Source: Solirubrobacterales bacterium (GTDB lineage Bacteria > Actinomycetota > Thermoleophilia > Solirubrobacterales > 70-9). From it: a stretch of DNA of 52,513 nucleotides. A program made the translations under genes and the position numbers. Shown piece by piece: positions 35,693 through 44,873 of this stretch (positions are counted from its first letter, which is position 1; each line of letters starts with the position of its first letter). The notes under the pieces were generated by a model. That model was not told the origin of the DNA. It worked only from the letters and a program-made list of their open reading frames with translations, and made no database searches. The DNA is taken from positions 1 to 52,513 of the forward strand of contig DATGDO010000245.1 of NCBI GenBank assembly GCA_035310805.1, written 5' to 3'.

Positions 35693-36031
35693 CTAGAGGC
35701 CGGCGGGAACCGTGTCGTGCTCGTCGACCGACAGCCAGCGACGGCCGTAGGCGCGCATGTCCTCGATCAGCGGCACCAGGGCCCGGCCCTTGTCGGTGAG
35801 CTGATAGGTGACGCGCGGCGGCACCTCGGGGAAGGTGCGGCGCTCGACGATCCCCTGCTCCTCCAGCGCCCTCAGGCGCAGGGAGAGGGTCCTGGGGCTG
35901 ATCCCATCCAGAGAGCGCTCCAGCTCGCAGAAGCGCAGCGACTCGTCGGCGAGGTCGCGGATGATGAGGAGGGTCCACTTGCCGGAGATGACCTCGGCCG
36001 TCCGGCAGACGGGACATTCGCGGTCGAACAC
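35693..36031 (-). CDS. HxlR-family transcriptional regulator
   Basis: CPVCRTAEVISGKWTLLIIRDL...RFCELERSLDGISPRTLSLRLRALEEQGIV...YQLTDKG. Confidence 0.85.
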   Translation of the reverse strand: MFDRECPVCRTAEVISGKWTLLIIRDLADESLRFCELERSLDGISPRTLSLRLRALEEQGIVERRTFPEVPPRVTYQLTDKGRALVPLIEDMRAYGRRWLSVDEHDTVPAGL

Positions 36032-36100
36032 AATCCGCAGGATAGCGTCAAAGCTTTACTTTGTGAAGTGGGGGGCGTACGGAGGAGGGATACTCAGCTG

Positions 36101-36682
36101 GTGGACAGGGGCAAGGGCGAGGACTTCGAGACGATCGACGGCGTCCGGCTGTGCGTCCGCCCGATCACCCCGGAGGACAAGCTCGCGCTCGTGGGCGCCT
36201 TCGAGCATCTCAGCCAGGAGTCCGTCTACAAGCGCTTCCTGGCCCCCGTCAAGCGCCTCACGGAGAGCGAGCTCGCCTACCTCACCGAGCTCGATCACGA
36301 GGCGCACGAGGCGCTGGTCGCGGTCACCGAGGCGGACGAGATCGTCGGGGTGGCCCGCTACGTCTGCGAGCTCGAGGACCCCGGTCGGGCCGAGGTCGCG
36401 GTCACGGTTGCGGACGAGTGGCAGGGCCGCGGGGTCGGCACCGCCCTGCTGCAGATGCTGGCGAGGCTCGCCGGGGAGAACGGCGTCGAGCACTTCACCG
36501 GCGTCTGCCTGGCCGAGAACAGGGAGATGCTCCAGCTCTTCGACGAGCTGGGGCCCACCACCCGGCGTCGCTCCGACGGCGAGGTGATCGAGGTCGAGGT
36601 CACCCTGCCGGCGAGGGCGACGCACGCGATCCGCCCCGCGCTGCGGGCGGCCGCCAGGGCGCGGAAGAGCTCAGCCGACTAA
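36101..36682 (+). CDS. GNAT family N-acetyltransferase
   Basis: GGAGGAGGGA lies ~10 nt before GTG 36101. GNAT motif A ([24 protein letters not shown]). Confidence 0.75.
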   Translation: MDRGKGEDFETIDGVRLCVRPITPEDKLALVGAFEHLSQESVYKRFLAPVKRLTESELAYLTELDHEAHEALVAVTEADEIVGVARYVCELEDPGRAEVAVTVADEWQGRGVGTALLQMLARLAGENGVEHFTGVCLAENREMLQLFDELGPTTRRRSDGEVIEVEVTLPARATHAIRPALRAAARARKSSAD

Positions 36683-37779
36683 GCGACTTCGCGGAGCTTC
36701 TGCGCTTCCGCCAGCGACTGCAGCTTCTTGAGCGACTGGTTCTCGATCTGCCGGATCCGCTCGCGGGTGACGTTGAAGGTGCGGCCGACCTCGTCCAGGG
36801 TGCGCGGATGCTCGCCCCCGAGCCCGTAGCGAAGCTCGAGCACGCGACGCTCGCGGTAGGAGAGGTTCTCGAGGGCTTCCTTCAACGCCTCCTTGGTGAG
36901 CAGCTCCGCGGCGCGCTCGAAGGGAGACTCGGCACGCTCATCGGCGATGAACTGGCCGAACTCCGACTCCTCCTCGTCGCCGACCGGCTTCTCCAGCGAG
37001 ACCGGGGCCTGCGCCGAGCGCTTGATCGAATCGACCTCCTCGGGCTCGATGCCGGTGACCTCGGCGATCTCCTCCGGAGTGGGCTCGCGGCCCAGCTCGG
37101 TGACCAGCTTGCGCTCCGCGCGCCCGATCTTGTTCAGCTTCTCGACCACGTGGACCGGGATGCGGATGGTCCGCGCCTTGTCGGCGAGCGCACGGGCGAT
37201 CGCCTGGCGGATCCACCAGGTGGCGTAGGTCGAGAACTTGAACCCCTTGCGGTAGTCGAACTTCTCAGCGGCTCGAACCAGACCGAGCGTGCCCTCCTGG
37301 ATCAGATCGAGGAAGGGCAGGCCCTGGTTGCGGTAGTTCTTGGCGATCGAGACCACCAGCCGGAGGTTCGACTCCACCATCTTCTGCTTGGCGTCGAGGT
37401 CGCCACGCTCGATGCGCTTCGCGAGCTCGACCTCCTCGGCGGCGGTGAGCAGCCTGACCTTGCCGATGTCCTTGAGGAAGAGCTGCAGGGAATCGGTGGT
37501 CATGTCCGGCTTCAGGTCGAGCGCCTTCTGGCGCTTGCGACCGCGCTTGCCGTCGGAGCGCTCGTTCTCGGCGGCGGCCTTCTGGGCCGGGTCGAGGTCC
37601 TCGACCAGCTCGATGCCGTTCTTCTCGAGGTGCCCGTAGAGGTCCTCGACGTCGGATTCGTCGAGCTCGACCTCGGACACTGCGCTGGCGACGTCGCCGA
37701 AGGTGAGGACGCCGAGCTGCTGGCCTCTGGTGACCAGCGTCTTTACTTCTTCAAGCTCTTGGATCTCCGCTACCAGCAT
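36679..37779 (-). CDS. principal (group 1/2) RNA polymerase sigma factor, HrdB/SigA-like
   Basis: Regions 1.2 to 4.2 are present ([70 protein letters not shown]). ATG 37779 was chosen, with AGGAAGGAAGAG upstream. Confidence 0.9.
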   Translation of the reverse strand: MLVAEIQELEEVKTLVTRGQQLGVLTFGDVASAVSEVELDESDVEDLYGHLEKNGIELVEDLDPAQKAAAENERSDGKRGRKRQKALDLKPDMTTDSLQLFLKDIGKVRLLTAAEEVELAKRIERGDLDAKQKMVESNLRLVVSIAKNYRNQGLPFLDLIQEGTLGLVRAAEKFDYRKGFKFSTYATWWIRQAIARALADKARTIRIPVHVVEKLNKIGRAERKLVTELGREPTPEEIAEVTGIEPEEVDSIKRSAQAPVSLEKPVGDEEESEFGQFIADERAESPFERAAELLTKEALKEALENLSYRERRVLELRYGLGGEHPRTLDEVGRTFNVTRERIRQIENQSLKKLQSLAEAQKLREVA

Positions 37780-37909
37780 TCGCCTACGCTCTTCCTTCCT
37801 GGCTGTCTTTCGGTTTCCTGGCTGTAGGTCCGTGTACCTGACTCTCGGGGGACCTGAACTCATCTCCCCCGCTGACGAAAACCCTTACTCCATCCCCCTC
37901 AGAGGCCAC

Positions 37910-37940
37910 AAAAACGCGGTGCGGGCGAGCCGCAACCGCG
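37910..37940 (-). terminator. intrinsic-terminator-like hairpin + U5 within the leader of the principal sigma gene
   Basis: The minus strand reads CGCGGT-t-GCGG-ctcgc-CCGC-ACCGCG-TTTTT. That is a 10-bp stem with a 1-nt bulge and a 5-nt loop, followed by T5. Confidence 0.45.
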
Positions 37941-37996
37941 CTTCGTCGCCTTCTTCGTGCCTAATCCTCGCGAGTGTTCCTCAAACGTCCGTTCGT

Positions 37997-38025
37997 ATGG
38001 TAGCCACTATATTTTTTGAAGTCAA
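37997..38025 (-). promoter_or_regulatory. candidate sigma-70-type promoter (TTGACT-17 nt-TACCAT) in an AT-rich island
   Basis: The minus strand reads TTGACT (38025-38020), a 17-nt spacer, then TACCAT (38002-37997). This is the only AT-rich stretch in the sigma/yihY divergent region. Confidence 0.35.
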
Positions 38026-38130
38026 CGCCAGCGGCGGGCCCCGTGAGCCGCTTGCCAACGCCAGAACAAGCAGTTCGGGGCAAAGTTCCGGCCGCTCATC
38101 GAGGTACCCCGGTCTGGACGTTCGTTACGC

Positions 38131-39021
38131 ATGAGCGTCTGGCCACTCAGCCGACCCGAGCCGCAGTACCCACGCTGGCACCTGTGGCGGCACCGCTGGA
38201 TGCGCGCCTTCTGGAACCGCGCCTACAAGGAGAACATCACCGGGCTCGCCGGCATGGTCGCCTACAACCTGGTGCTGGCTGTCTTCCCGTTCGCCCTGCT
38301 CGTGCTCTTCATCTTCGGCAAGGTCGTGAACAGCGGCGAGGTCGAGCACAGCGTCATCCTCGACATCCAGCGGCTCTTCCCCAACATCGAGCAGGGCGCC
38401 CTCCAGGACGCGATCGACCGCGTGCGAGCCAGCTCGACGACCATCGGAATCGCGGCGATCGTCGGCGGGATCTGGATCGGCGCCTCCTTCTGGGGGGCGA
38501 TGGACACGGCCTTCTGCCGGATCTACCACGTCGAGTGCCGGGGTTGGGTCCAGCAGAAGCGCTTCTCGCTCGTGATGCTGCTCGGACTGCTCCTCCTGCT
38601 GCTCGCCAGCGTCACCGTTCCGACCGTCGAGAGCGCGGTCCTGACGAGCGCGGACAACCTGCCCTTCGGGCTCTCCGACTTCGGGGCGACCCGCACTCTG
38701 ATCGTGGTGATCGGCGGCCTGATCGCCACCTTCCTGATCATCTCGGCGATCTACTGGGCCGTCCCGAAGGGCCACATGCCGTGGCGCTCCGTCTGGCCGG
38801 GCGCCCTCTTCTTCGCGCTGCTCACCTCGGCGGGCAACTACATCTTCCCGCTCTACCTCGCCAAGATCTCCGACCTGCACCGGATCGGGGGGACGATCGG
38901 CTTCATCCTCGTCACCCTGGTCTGGTTCTACGCGATCAGCCTGGCGATGCTCGCCGGCGCGGTGATCAACTCGCTGCGTCACGAGAGGGATGACACCGGG
39001 CGCCTCCCGGTCGAAGGCTGA
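38131..39021 (+). CDS. YihY/BrkB family membrane protein
   Basis: About 6 TM helices and YihY-like motifs (AGMVAYNLVLAVFPF, LIISAIYWAVP, FILVTLVWFYAISLAMLAGAVIN). Confidence 0.75.
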   Translation: MSVWPLSRPEPQYPRWHLWRHRWMRAFWNRAYKENITGLAGMVAYNLVLAVFPFALLVLFIFGKVVNSGEVEHSVILDIQRLFPNIEQGALQDAIDRVRASSTTIGIAAIVGGIWIGASFWGAMDTAFCRIYHVECRGWVQQKRFSLVMLLGLLLLLLASVTVPTVESAVLTSADNLPFGLSDFGATRTLIVVIGGLIATFLIISAIYWAVPKGHMPWRSVWPGALFFALLTSAGNYIFPLYLAKISDLHRIGGTIGFILVTLVWFYAISLAMLAGAVINSLRHERDDTGRLPVEG

Positions 39022-39036
39022 GCTGGCGGCGCCGCG

Positions 39037-40068
39037 CTAGCCGTAGCGGCCGCCCACGACCTCCCTGAGCTTCGGGCGGTTGTGGGTGGCCCGCACCCGG
39101 CGCACGGTGCCCGAGCGCGAGCGCATCACCAGGGACTCGGTGGTCGCGTGGCCGTCGTCCAGGTAGCGGACGCCGTCGAGCAGGTCGCCGTCTGTGACAC
39201 CGGTGGCGGCGAAGAAGACGTCCTCCCCCGAGACCAGGTCGTCCGCGTCCAGGATCCGGGAGAGGTCGTACCCGGCGTCCTCGGCCGCCTTGCGCTCCTC
39301 GTCGTTCCGCGGCCAGAGGCGTCCCAGGATCCTGCCGCCCATGCACTTGATCGCCGCCGCGGAGAGGACGCCCTCCGGCGTTCCCCCGACCCCCCAGAGC
39401 AGGTCGACGTGGGTGTTCGGCATGACCGAGAAGAGCGCAGCCGCGACGTCGCCGTCGGAGATGAACCTGATGCTCGCGCCGACCTCGCGGAGGGTCTCGA
39501 CCGCTTCCTCGTGACGGGGGCGGTCGAGCATGATCACCGTGACGTCCCCGGGCTCCCCCCCCTTGCGCTCGGCGACCTTCTTGATCACGTCCTCGAGCGG
39601 CTCGTCGAGGCTGATCAGGTCGGCGGCGCGCGGACCGGTCGCGATCTTCTCCATGTAGACGCAGGGGCCCGGATCGAACATCGTTCCGCGCTCGGACAGC
39701 GCGATCACGGAGAGCGCCGAGGGCTGGCCGCGCGCGGTCAGCGTGGTGCCCTCGAGCGGGTCGACCGCGATGTCGACCACCGGAGGGCTGCCGTCGCCGA
39801 TCTCCTCGCCGTTGTAGAGCATGGGCGCCTCGTCCTTCTCGCCCTCGCCGATCACGACCACGCCGTCCATCGGGACCGTGTCGAGCATCAGCCGCATGGC
39901 GTCCACCGCTGCACCGTCGGCGCTCTCCTTCTGGCCCCGGCCGATCCAGCGACCGGCGGCCAGCGCGCCCGCCTCGGTCACGCGGACCAGCTCGAGCGCC
40001 AGGTTGCGATCCGGATGCGAGGCGTCCCGGACGTCATGCGAGATGACGTGTTGCTCGGCTTCCGCCAT
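39037..40068 (-). CDS. glpX: class II fructose-1,6-bisphosphatase
   Basis: GlpX motifs (VVIGEGEKDEAPMLY, DIAVDPLEGTT, GVGGTPEGVLSAAA). Confidence 0.9.
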   Translation of the reverse strand: MAEAEQHVISHDVRDASHPDRNLALELVRVTEAGALAAGRWIGRGQKESADGAAVDAMRLMLDTVPMDGVVVIGEGEKDEAPMLYNGEEIGDGSPPVVDIAVDPLEGTTLTARGQPSALSVIALSERGTMFDPGPCVYMEKIATGPRAADLISLDEPLEDVIKKVAERKGGEPGDVTVIMLDRPRHEEAVETLREVGASIRFISDGDVAAALFSVMPNTHVDLLWGVGGTPEGVLSAAAIKCMGGRILGRLWPRNDEERKAAEDAGYDLSRILDADDLVSGEDVFFAATGVTDGDLLDGVRYLDDGHATTESLVMRSRSGTVRRVRATHNRPKLREVVGGRYG

Positions 40069-40135
40069 TTGCTCTCAGAGGCTATCGGCGCACGGCTTTG
40101 CCATGCACGGCGGCCACAAACACGCCGCCGAACGA

Positions 40136-40624
40136 TCAGAAGGTGGCGGGCGGTTTTCGCCGGGCTCCGCCGCCGCTCTCCACGGCACGCGAAGCGCCCG
40201 TGACGAAGATGCCTACGGAGGCGAGCAGCGCGAGCCAGTATCCGAACGAGAGGCTGATCTCGAGCCCATCCTGCGGCTTGGCGACGATCCCGTTGTAGGC
40301 GATCAGGACGAAGGCGGTCAGGCCGACGATCGCCGTCAGCTCGCCCCTCGGCCAGGAGAGTGCGTGGCCCCGGACCACGATCCAGGCGAGGATGAAGGGC
40401 GCGGCGGCGGCGGCGAGCAGCAGCCAGCGGAGGATCGGAAAGGTGTGCCAGGCGCTGCAGCTCGATTCGCCCACCCCGCAGGCCCAGTTGGCGGGATCGT
40501 TGCCGCGCTGGACGACGCTCGGGTCGGTCGAGAGCGAGAACCACTCGAGGAACAGGCTGACCACCAGCAGCGCCGCGGCGATCATCCCGATGATCTCCGA
40601 GCGATCGAGCCTGGACGCATCCAC
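40136..40624 (-). CDS. hypothetical membrane protein (4 TM)
   Basis: Four hydrophobic helices and an extracytoplasmic loop with two Cys (ANWACGVGESSCSAWH). Confidence 0.5.
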   Translation of the reverse strand: MDASRLDRSEIIGMIAAALLVVSLFLEWFSLSTDPSVVQRGNDPANWACGVGESSCSAWHTFPILRWLLLAAAAAPFILAWIVVRGHALSWPRGELTAIVGLTAFVLIAYNGIVAKPQDGLEISLSFGYWLALLASVGIFVTGASRAVESGGGARRKPPATF

Positions 40625-40665
40625 GCGCGCGACCCTATCCGAACCGCCCTTATAGGGTCGCGGTT

Positions 40666-41601
40666 GTGGCGCAGCGCTGGGGACTGACCGTCCCTCTCAC
40701 CGGGATCGGGCTGCCGCAAAACGCGGAGCACTTCCGGAGGGCCGAGGCGGCCGGCTACACGGACCTCTGGTCCGGCGAGACGAACGGGCCGGACGGCTTC
40801 ACGCCGCTCTCGCTGGCGTCCGCCTGGACCGAGAGCGTGCGGCTCGGAACCGGAGTCGTGGGAGTGATGCAGCGCGGCCGGGCTCTGCTCGCGCAGGAGA
40901 CGGCGGCACTCGCGGACGCCTCTGGAGGCCGCTTCGCGCTCGGGATCGGCGCCTCCTCGGACCGGATCGTGGAGGGCTGGAACGGCATGCCCTTCGAGAA
41001 GCCGCTCAGCAAGATGTCCGAGACGATCGACTTCCTGAGGGCGGCCCTGACCGGCGAGCGGGCCGACGGAGGCTTCAAGCTCGAGCGCGCCCCGGAGGCG
41101 AGGGTGCCGATCATCGTCGCCGCGCTGCGGGGCAGGATGCTCCGGCTCGCGGTCGAGAAGGGCGACGGAGCGTTCACGAACTTCCTGCCGCTCGCCGGGC
41201 TGCCGAAGGTCGTCGAGCAGCTGGAGGGAGCACCGCAGGGCTTCGAGCTGCTCTGCCGCTTCTTCTGCATCCCCGGCGAGCGCGAGCAGGTCGAGCCGCT
41301 CGCCCGGTTCATGTTCTCCTCCTACATCACCGTCCCGGTCTACGAGGCCTTCTACCGCTGGCTCGGCTACGGGGAGAGGATCGACGAGATGGTCGAAGCG
41401 TGGAAGGCCAAGGACCGCCAGAAGGCGGCCGAGGCCGCGCCCTGGGAGCTGATCGAGGAGATGTTCATCTTCGGGCCGCCCGAGCGGATGCGCGAGCGGC
41501 TTCGGGCCTTCGTCGAGGGCGGGATCACGCTGCCGGTGATCACCCCGATCACGACGCCGGACCGGCTCGGCGAGCTGATCGAGGCGCTGGCGCCGGCGTA
41601 G
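40666..41601 (+). CDS. LLM-class (luciferase-like) flavin/F420-dependent oxidoreductase
   Basis: TIM-barrel LLM pattern (GYTDLWSGETNGPDGFTPL ... RFALGIGASS ... FGPPERMRERLRAF). Confidence 0.75.
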   Translation: MAQRWGLTVPLTGIGLPQNAEHFRRAEAAGYTDLWSGETNGPDGFTPLSLASAWTESVRLGTGVVGVMQRGRALLAQETAALADASGGRFALGIGASSDRIVEGWNGMPFEKPLSKMSETIDFLRAALTGERADGGFKLERAPEARVPIIVAALRGRMLRLAVEKGDGAFTNFLPLAGLPKVVEQLEGAPQGFELLCRFFCIPGEREQVEPLARFMFSSYITVPVYEAFYRWLGYGERIDEMVEAWKAKDRQKAAEAAPWELIEEMFIFGPPERMRERLRAFVEGGITLPVITPITTPDRLGELIEALAPA

Positions 41602-41653
41602 CCGCGCGCTACTTGATCAGCCTCGAGCGACCCGATTTGTGCAGCGGCCGGCC

Positions 41654-42607
41654 TCAGGCCGCCCTGGCCAGCGAGAGCGCGTAGAGGCCGTCGGAGTCGG
41701 TCCACCAGTCGGTCAGCTCGAGACCGGCCTCGGCGTAGATTCCCTCCAGCCCCGGCCGAAGGAACTTGGTGGAGATCTCAGTTCGCATCTCCTCGCCGGC
41801 GCCGAACGGCACCTGCATGTCGAGCCCGGAGACGTTGACCACCTGGTTGGCCTGCGAGCGCAGCCTGATGTCGACCCAGAGGTTCTCCGGGTCCCAGCGG
41901 GCCACGTGCTCGAAGGAGTCGAGGTCGAAGTCGGCGCCGAGCTCGCGGTTGAGGACCGAGAGCACGTTCTTGTTGAACTCCGCGGTCACACCCTTGGAGT
42001 CGTTGTAGGCGGCCTCGAGGATCGCCGGGTCCTTGACCAGGTCGGTGCCGAGCAGGAACCGGTCCGCCGGGTCGAGCAGGTTCGCGATGCGGCGCAGGAA
42101 GCCCGCGCGCTGGTGTGGGGCGAAGTTGCCGATCGTGCCCCCGAGCAGGGCGATCACTCTCGGACCGCCGACCGGGACGCGCTCGAGGTCGAACTCGATG
42201 TCGCAGACCAGGCCGCGGACATTGATTCCGTCGTACTCGGCCGCGATCCGCTCGGCCGTCTCACGGGTGATCTCCTCGGAGATGTCGACCGGGCAATACG
42301 TCTCCAGGCAGCCGGCGTCCCTCATCGAGTCGAGCAGGACACGGGTCTTGCGCGCTGAGCCCGAGCCGAGCTCGATCAGGCTCGCCGGGCGGTTGGCCGC
42401 CTCGCAGATCTCCGCCGAGCGGCCCTGCAGGATGGCCCGCTCGCAGCGGGTGGGGTAGTACTCCGCGAGCTCGGTGATCTGCTCGAAGAGCTCCGAGCCT
42501 CGCTCGTCGTAGAAGTAGCGCGGGGAGAGCTCCTTGAAGGGCCTCGTCAGGCCGGCGCGAACGTCCGCGGCCATGCCGGAGAGCGGCCCGCCCGGAGGCA
42601 GGTTCAC
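41654..42607 (-). CDS. egtD: L-histidine N-alpha-methyltransferase (ergothioneine biosynthesis EgtD)
   Basis: ELSPRYFYDERGSELFEQITELAEYYPTRCERAIL, LIELGSGSARKTRVLL, and GTDLVKD...AYNDSKGVTAEFNKN. Confidence 0.85.
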   Translation of the reverse strand: MNLPPGGPLSGMAADVRAGLTRPFKELSPRYFYDERGSELFEQITELAEYYPTRCERAILQGRSAEICEAANRPASLIELGSGSARKTRVLLDSMRDAGCLETYCPVDISEEITRETAERIAAEYDGINVRGLVCDIEFDLERVPVGGPRVIALLGGTIGNFAPHQRAGFLRRIANLLDPADRFLLGTDLVKDPAILEAAYNDSKGVTAEFNKNVLSVLNRELGADFDLDSFEHVARWDPENLWVDIRLRSQANQVVNVSGLDMQVPFGAGEEMRTEISTKFLRPGLEGIYAEAGLELTDWWTDSDGLYALSLARAA

Positions 42608-42742
42608 CTCGACGGTGATGCGGTCGGTGCTTGTCTCGGCGGGAGTTATGTCGGGTCCGATCCTTGGCTGTCCTCGTGCTCGCCCTGGCTTCGGATCAGT
42701 CGTTGGGGCTCGAACGCCTCGGGCCGCCGTGGTGTGATCTGC

Positions 42743-43987
42743 TCATTCGGCATCCCTCGCGCAGCGGATGCCGGAGAAGATCTGCCGACGCTCCGGCAGG
42801 TCCCAGTTACGGAAGCTCGTGCGGATCACGTCGCGACGGGTCGCCCACGCTCCGCCCCGTAGAACCTTGTGGGCGTCGCCGAAGAAGACCTCCGAGTACT
42901 CCGGGTAGGGGAAGGCGGCGAAGCCCGGGTACGCCGTGAAGTCGGAGCTGGTCCACTCCCAGACGTCGCCCAGCATCTGCAACGCCCCGCAAGCGGACGG
43001 CGCATCGCCGTAGGCACCCACCCGCGCGGGGGCGAAGGAGAGCTGGTCGAGGTTTGCCCGCTCGCGGCTGGCTCCCGCGGCGGCCACCTCCCACTCCGCC
43101 TCGCTCGGCAGGCGCTTGCCGGCCCAGCGCGCGAACGCGTCGGCCTCGGGCCAGGAGACGTGGATCACCGGCAGCCGCCGATCGACCTCCTCGGTGCGGC
43201 CCATGGCCGTCCGGACCCAGCTCCCGTCCCCCTCCCGCTCCCAGTACATCGGCGGCTCGGCCCCGGTCTCCTCGAGAAAGACGATGTAGTCGCCGTTGGA
43301 AACGGGGGTACGGTCGATCAGGAAGGAGGCGACCTCGACTCGGTGGCGGGGCCGCTCGTTGTCGTAGGCGAAGCCCTCCGGGCCTGCCCCGATCTCGCGC
43401 TCGCCGCCCTCGACCGGGATCATCTCGGGTCCCTCCGTGACCGGCTCGGCCTCGGCTGAGCCGTCGAGGGCGACCGGCTCGTAGGACTCGACCATCTGCA
43501 GCAGCTGCAGCATCGTCTCGTTGTGCTGCTGCTCGTGCGCGAGCAGCATCTCGTAGACGAAGCCGTCGGCCAGCAGCCGGTCACCGGGATCGAGCTCGAT
43601 CTCGCCGAGCACCTCGAGCGTCCGCTCCCGCACCTGCTCCATGTAGGGGCGGACCTCGTCGGCCCTCAGGATCGGGAGCTCGCCCCGGATCTTCCGCGGC
43701 TGCTCGATCGCGTCGTAGAGCTCGCCCAGGTCGCCCCGCAGAGGCTCGCGGTGGCCGATCCGCCGCACCAGCCAGAGCTCCTCGAAGTTTGCGATGTGGC
43801 CGAGATCCCAGATCAGCGGGCTGAGAATGGGGTCGTATACCCGGTTGAGCTGCTCCTCGGTGAGCGGCTCGATCAGCTCGAGGGTGTGGCGCCGCGCCTC
43901 CTCCAGACGCCCGGCCAGGGCGGCCTTGCGGCCGGAGGCGGGACGAGATCCACCCTCCGTCGTCGGTGCAGCGACCTCCGCGATCAG
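42743..43987 (-). CDS. egtB: ergothioneine sulfoxide synthase EgtB (DinB_2 + FGE-sulfatase domains); start codon non-canonical or unresolved
   Basis: C-terminal FGE-like motifs (GDVWEWTSSDFTAYPGF, RGGAWAT, SFRNWDLPERRQIFSGIRCA). The conserved N-terminus (LNRVYDPILSPLIWDLGHIANFEELWLV) is read in frame upstream of the first GTG (43768). The frame is open back to stop TGA 43988-43990 and contains no ATG/GTG/TTG. Confidence 0.8.
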   Translation of the reverse strand: MIAEVAAPTTEGGSRPASGRKAALAGRLEEARRHTLELIEPLTEEQLNRVYDPILSPLIWDLGHIANFEELWLVRRIGHREPLRGDLGELYDAIEQPRKIRGELPILRADEVRPYMEQVRERTLEVLGEIELDPGDRLLADGFVYEMLLAHEQQHNETMLQLLQMVESYEPVALDGSAEAEPVTEGPEMIPVEGGEREIGAGPEGFAYDNERPRHRVEVASFLIDRTPVSNGDYIVFLEETGAEPPMYWEREGDGSWVRTAMGRTEEVDRRLPVIHVSWPEADAFARWAGKRLPSEAEWEVAAAGASRERANLDQLSFAPARVGAYGDAPSACGALQMLGDVWEWTSSDFTAYPGFAAFPYPEYSEVFFGDAHKVLRGGAWATRRDVIRTSFRNWDLPERRQIFSGIRCARDAE

Positions 43988-44056
43988 TCAAGACTACCGA
44001 GGCAGGGTCGCCGGCTCGGGGCGTTTTCGCGAGGGCCCAGGTAGTCTGCCGCGCCG

Positions 44057-44824
44057 ATGGAGATCGAGGGAGCAAGCGCGCTGGTCGCCGGCGGGGCTTC
44101 CGGGCTCGGCGCCGCTACCGCACGGGCCCTGTACGAGCGCGGCGCCTCGGTCGTGATCGCGGACCTGAACGCCGAGAAGGGCGAGGCGCTTGCCACCGAG
44201 CTCGGCGAGCGCGCCGCCTTCATGGAGGCGAACGTGATGGAGCCCGAGCCCGTCCAGGCTGCCGTCGAGGCCGCCGCGGGCGCGGGCGGCGGCCTGCGGA
44301 TCTCCGTCTGCTGCGCCGGGATCGGCTGGGCTCAGCGGACCGCCTCCAAGCAGGGCCCCCACGACCTCGAGATCTTCCACAACGTGATCAAGGTGAACCT
44401 GATCGGGACCTTCAACGTGCTGCGTCTCGCCTGCGCCGCGATGTCTGACAACGAGCCCGATCAGGAGGGCGAGCGCGGCGTCTGCATCAACACCGCCTCG
44501 ATCGCCGCCTGGGACGGCCAGATCGGCCAGGTGGCCTACGCGGCCTCCAAGGGGGGCGTTGTCGCGCTCACCCTGCCGGCCGCCCGCGACATGTCCGGCC
44601 GCGGGATCCGGGTGATGACCATCGCGCCGGGACTGTTCGACACCCCCCTGCTCGCCGCCCTCCCCGAGGAGCAGCGCCAGGCGCTCGGCGCCGGCGTCCC
44701 CTTCCCCTCGCGCCTCGGCAGGCCGGAGGAGTACGGCCGGCTCGCCTGCGAGATCGTCGCCAACCCGATGCTGAACGGAGAGGCGGTCCGGCTGGACGGC
44801 GCCCTTCGCATGCCGCCGCGCTAG
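44057..44824 (+). CDS. SDR family 3-hydroxyacyl-CoA dehydrogenase-like oxidoreductase
   Basis: TGGASGLG cofactor motif, catalytic Y-x3-K (YAASKGGV), and HSD10/FadB2-like overall pattern. Confidence 0.8.
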   Translation: MEIEGASALVAGGASGLGAATARALYERGASVVIADLNAEKGEALATELGERAAFMEANVMEPEPVQAAVEAAAGAGGGLRISVCCAGIGWAQRTASKQGPHDLEIFHNVIKVNLIGTFNVLRLACAAMSDNEPDQEGERGVCINTASIAAWDGQIGQVAYAASKGGVVALTLPAARDMSGRGIRVMTIAPGLFDTPLLAALPEEQRQALGAGVPFPSRLGRPEEYGRLACEIVANPMLNGEAVRLDGALRMPPR

Positions 44825-44873
44825 GCGGCGGCATACGGAGCGGGTCAGCGGGACACTGGAGGGTCGGTCGAGG

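Noticed and set aside
36050-36057. AAAGCTTT palindrome in the second hxlR/GNAT divergent region as an operator
   Set aside because: Only 8 bp are symmetric and the flanks do not extend the symmetry. That is too weak to report as a feature, although it is AT-rich for this genome.
42608-42742. egtB and egtD are in the same reading frame, separated by one TGA and 45 sense codons: possible readthrough fusion (fungal Egt1-like)
   Set aside because: Sharing a frame has a 1-in-3 chance. The spacer translation (ADHTTAARGVRAPTTDPKPGRARGQPR...) looks non-coding. The domain order (B then D) is opposite to known fusions. GTG 42607 gives an EgtD N-terminus only a few residues shorter than characterised ones.
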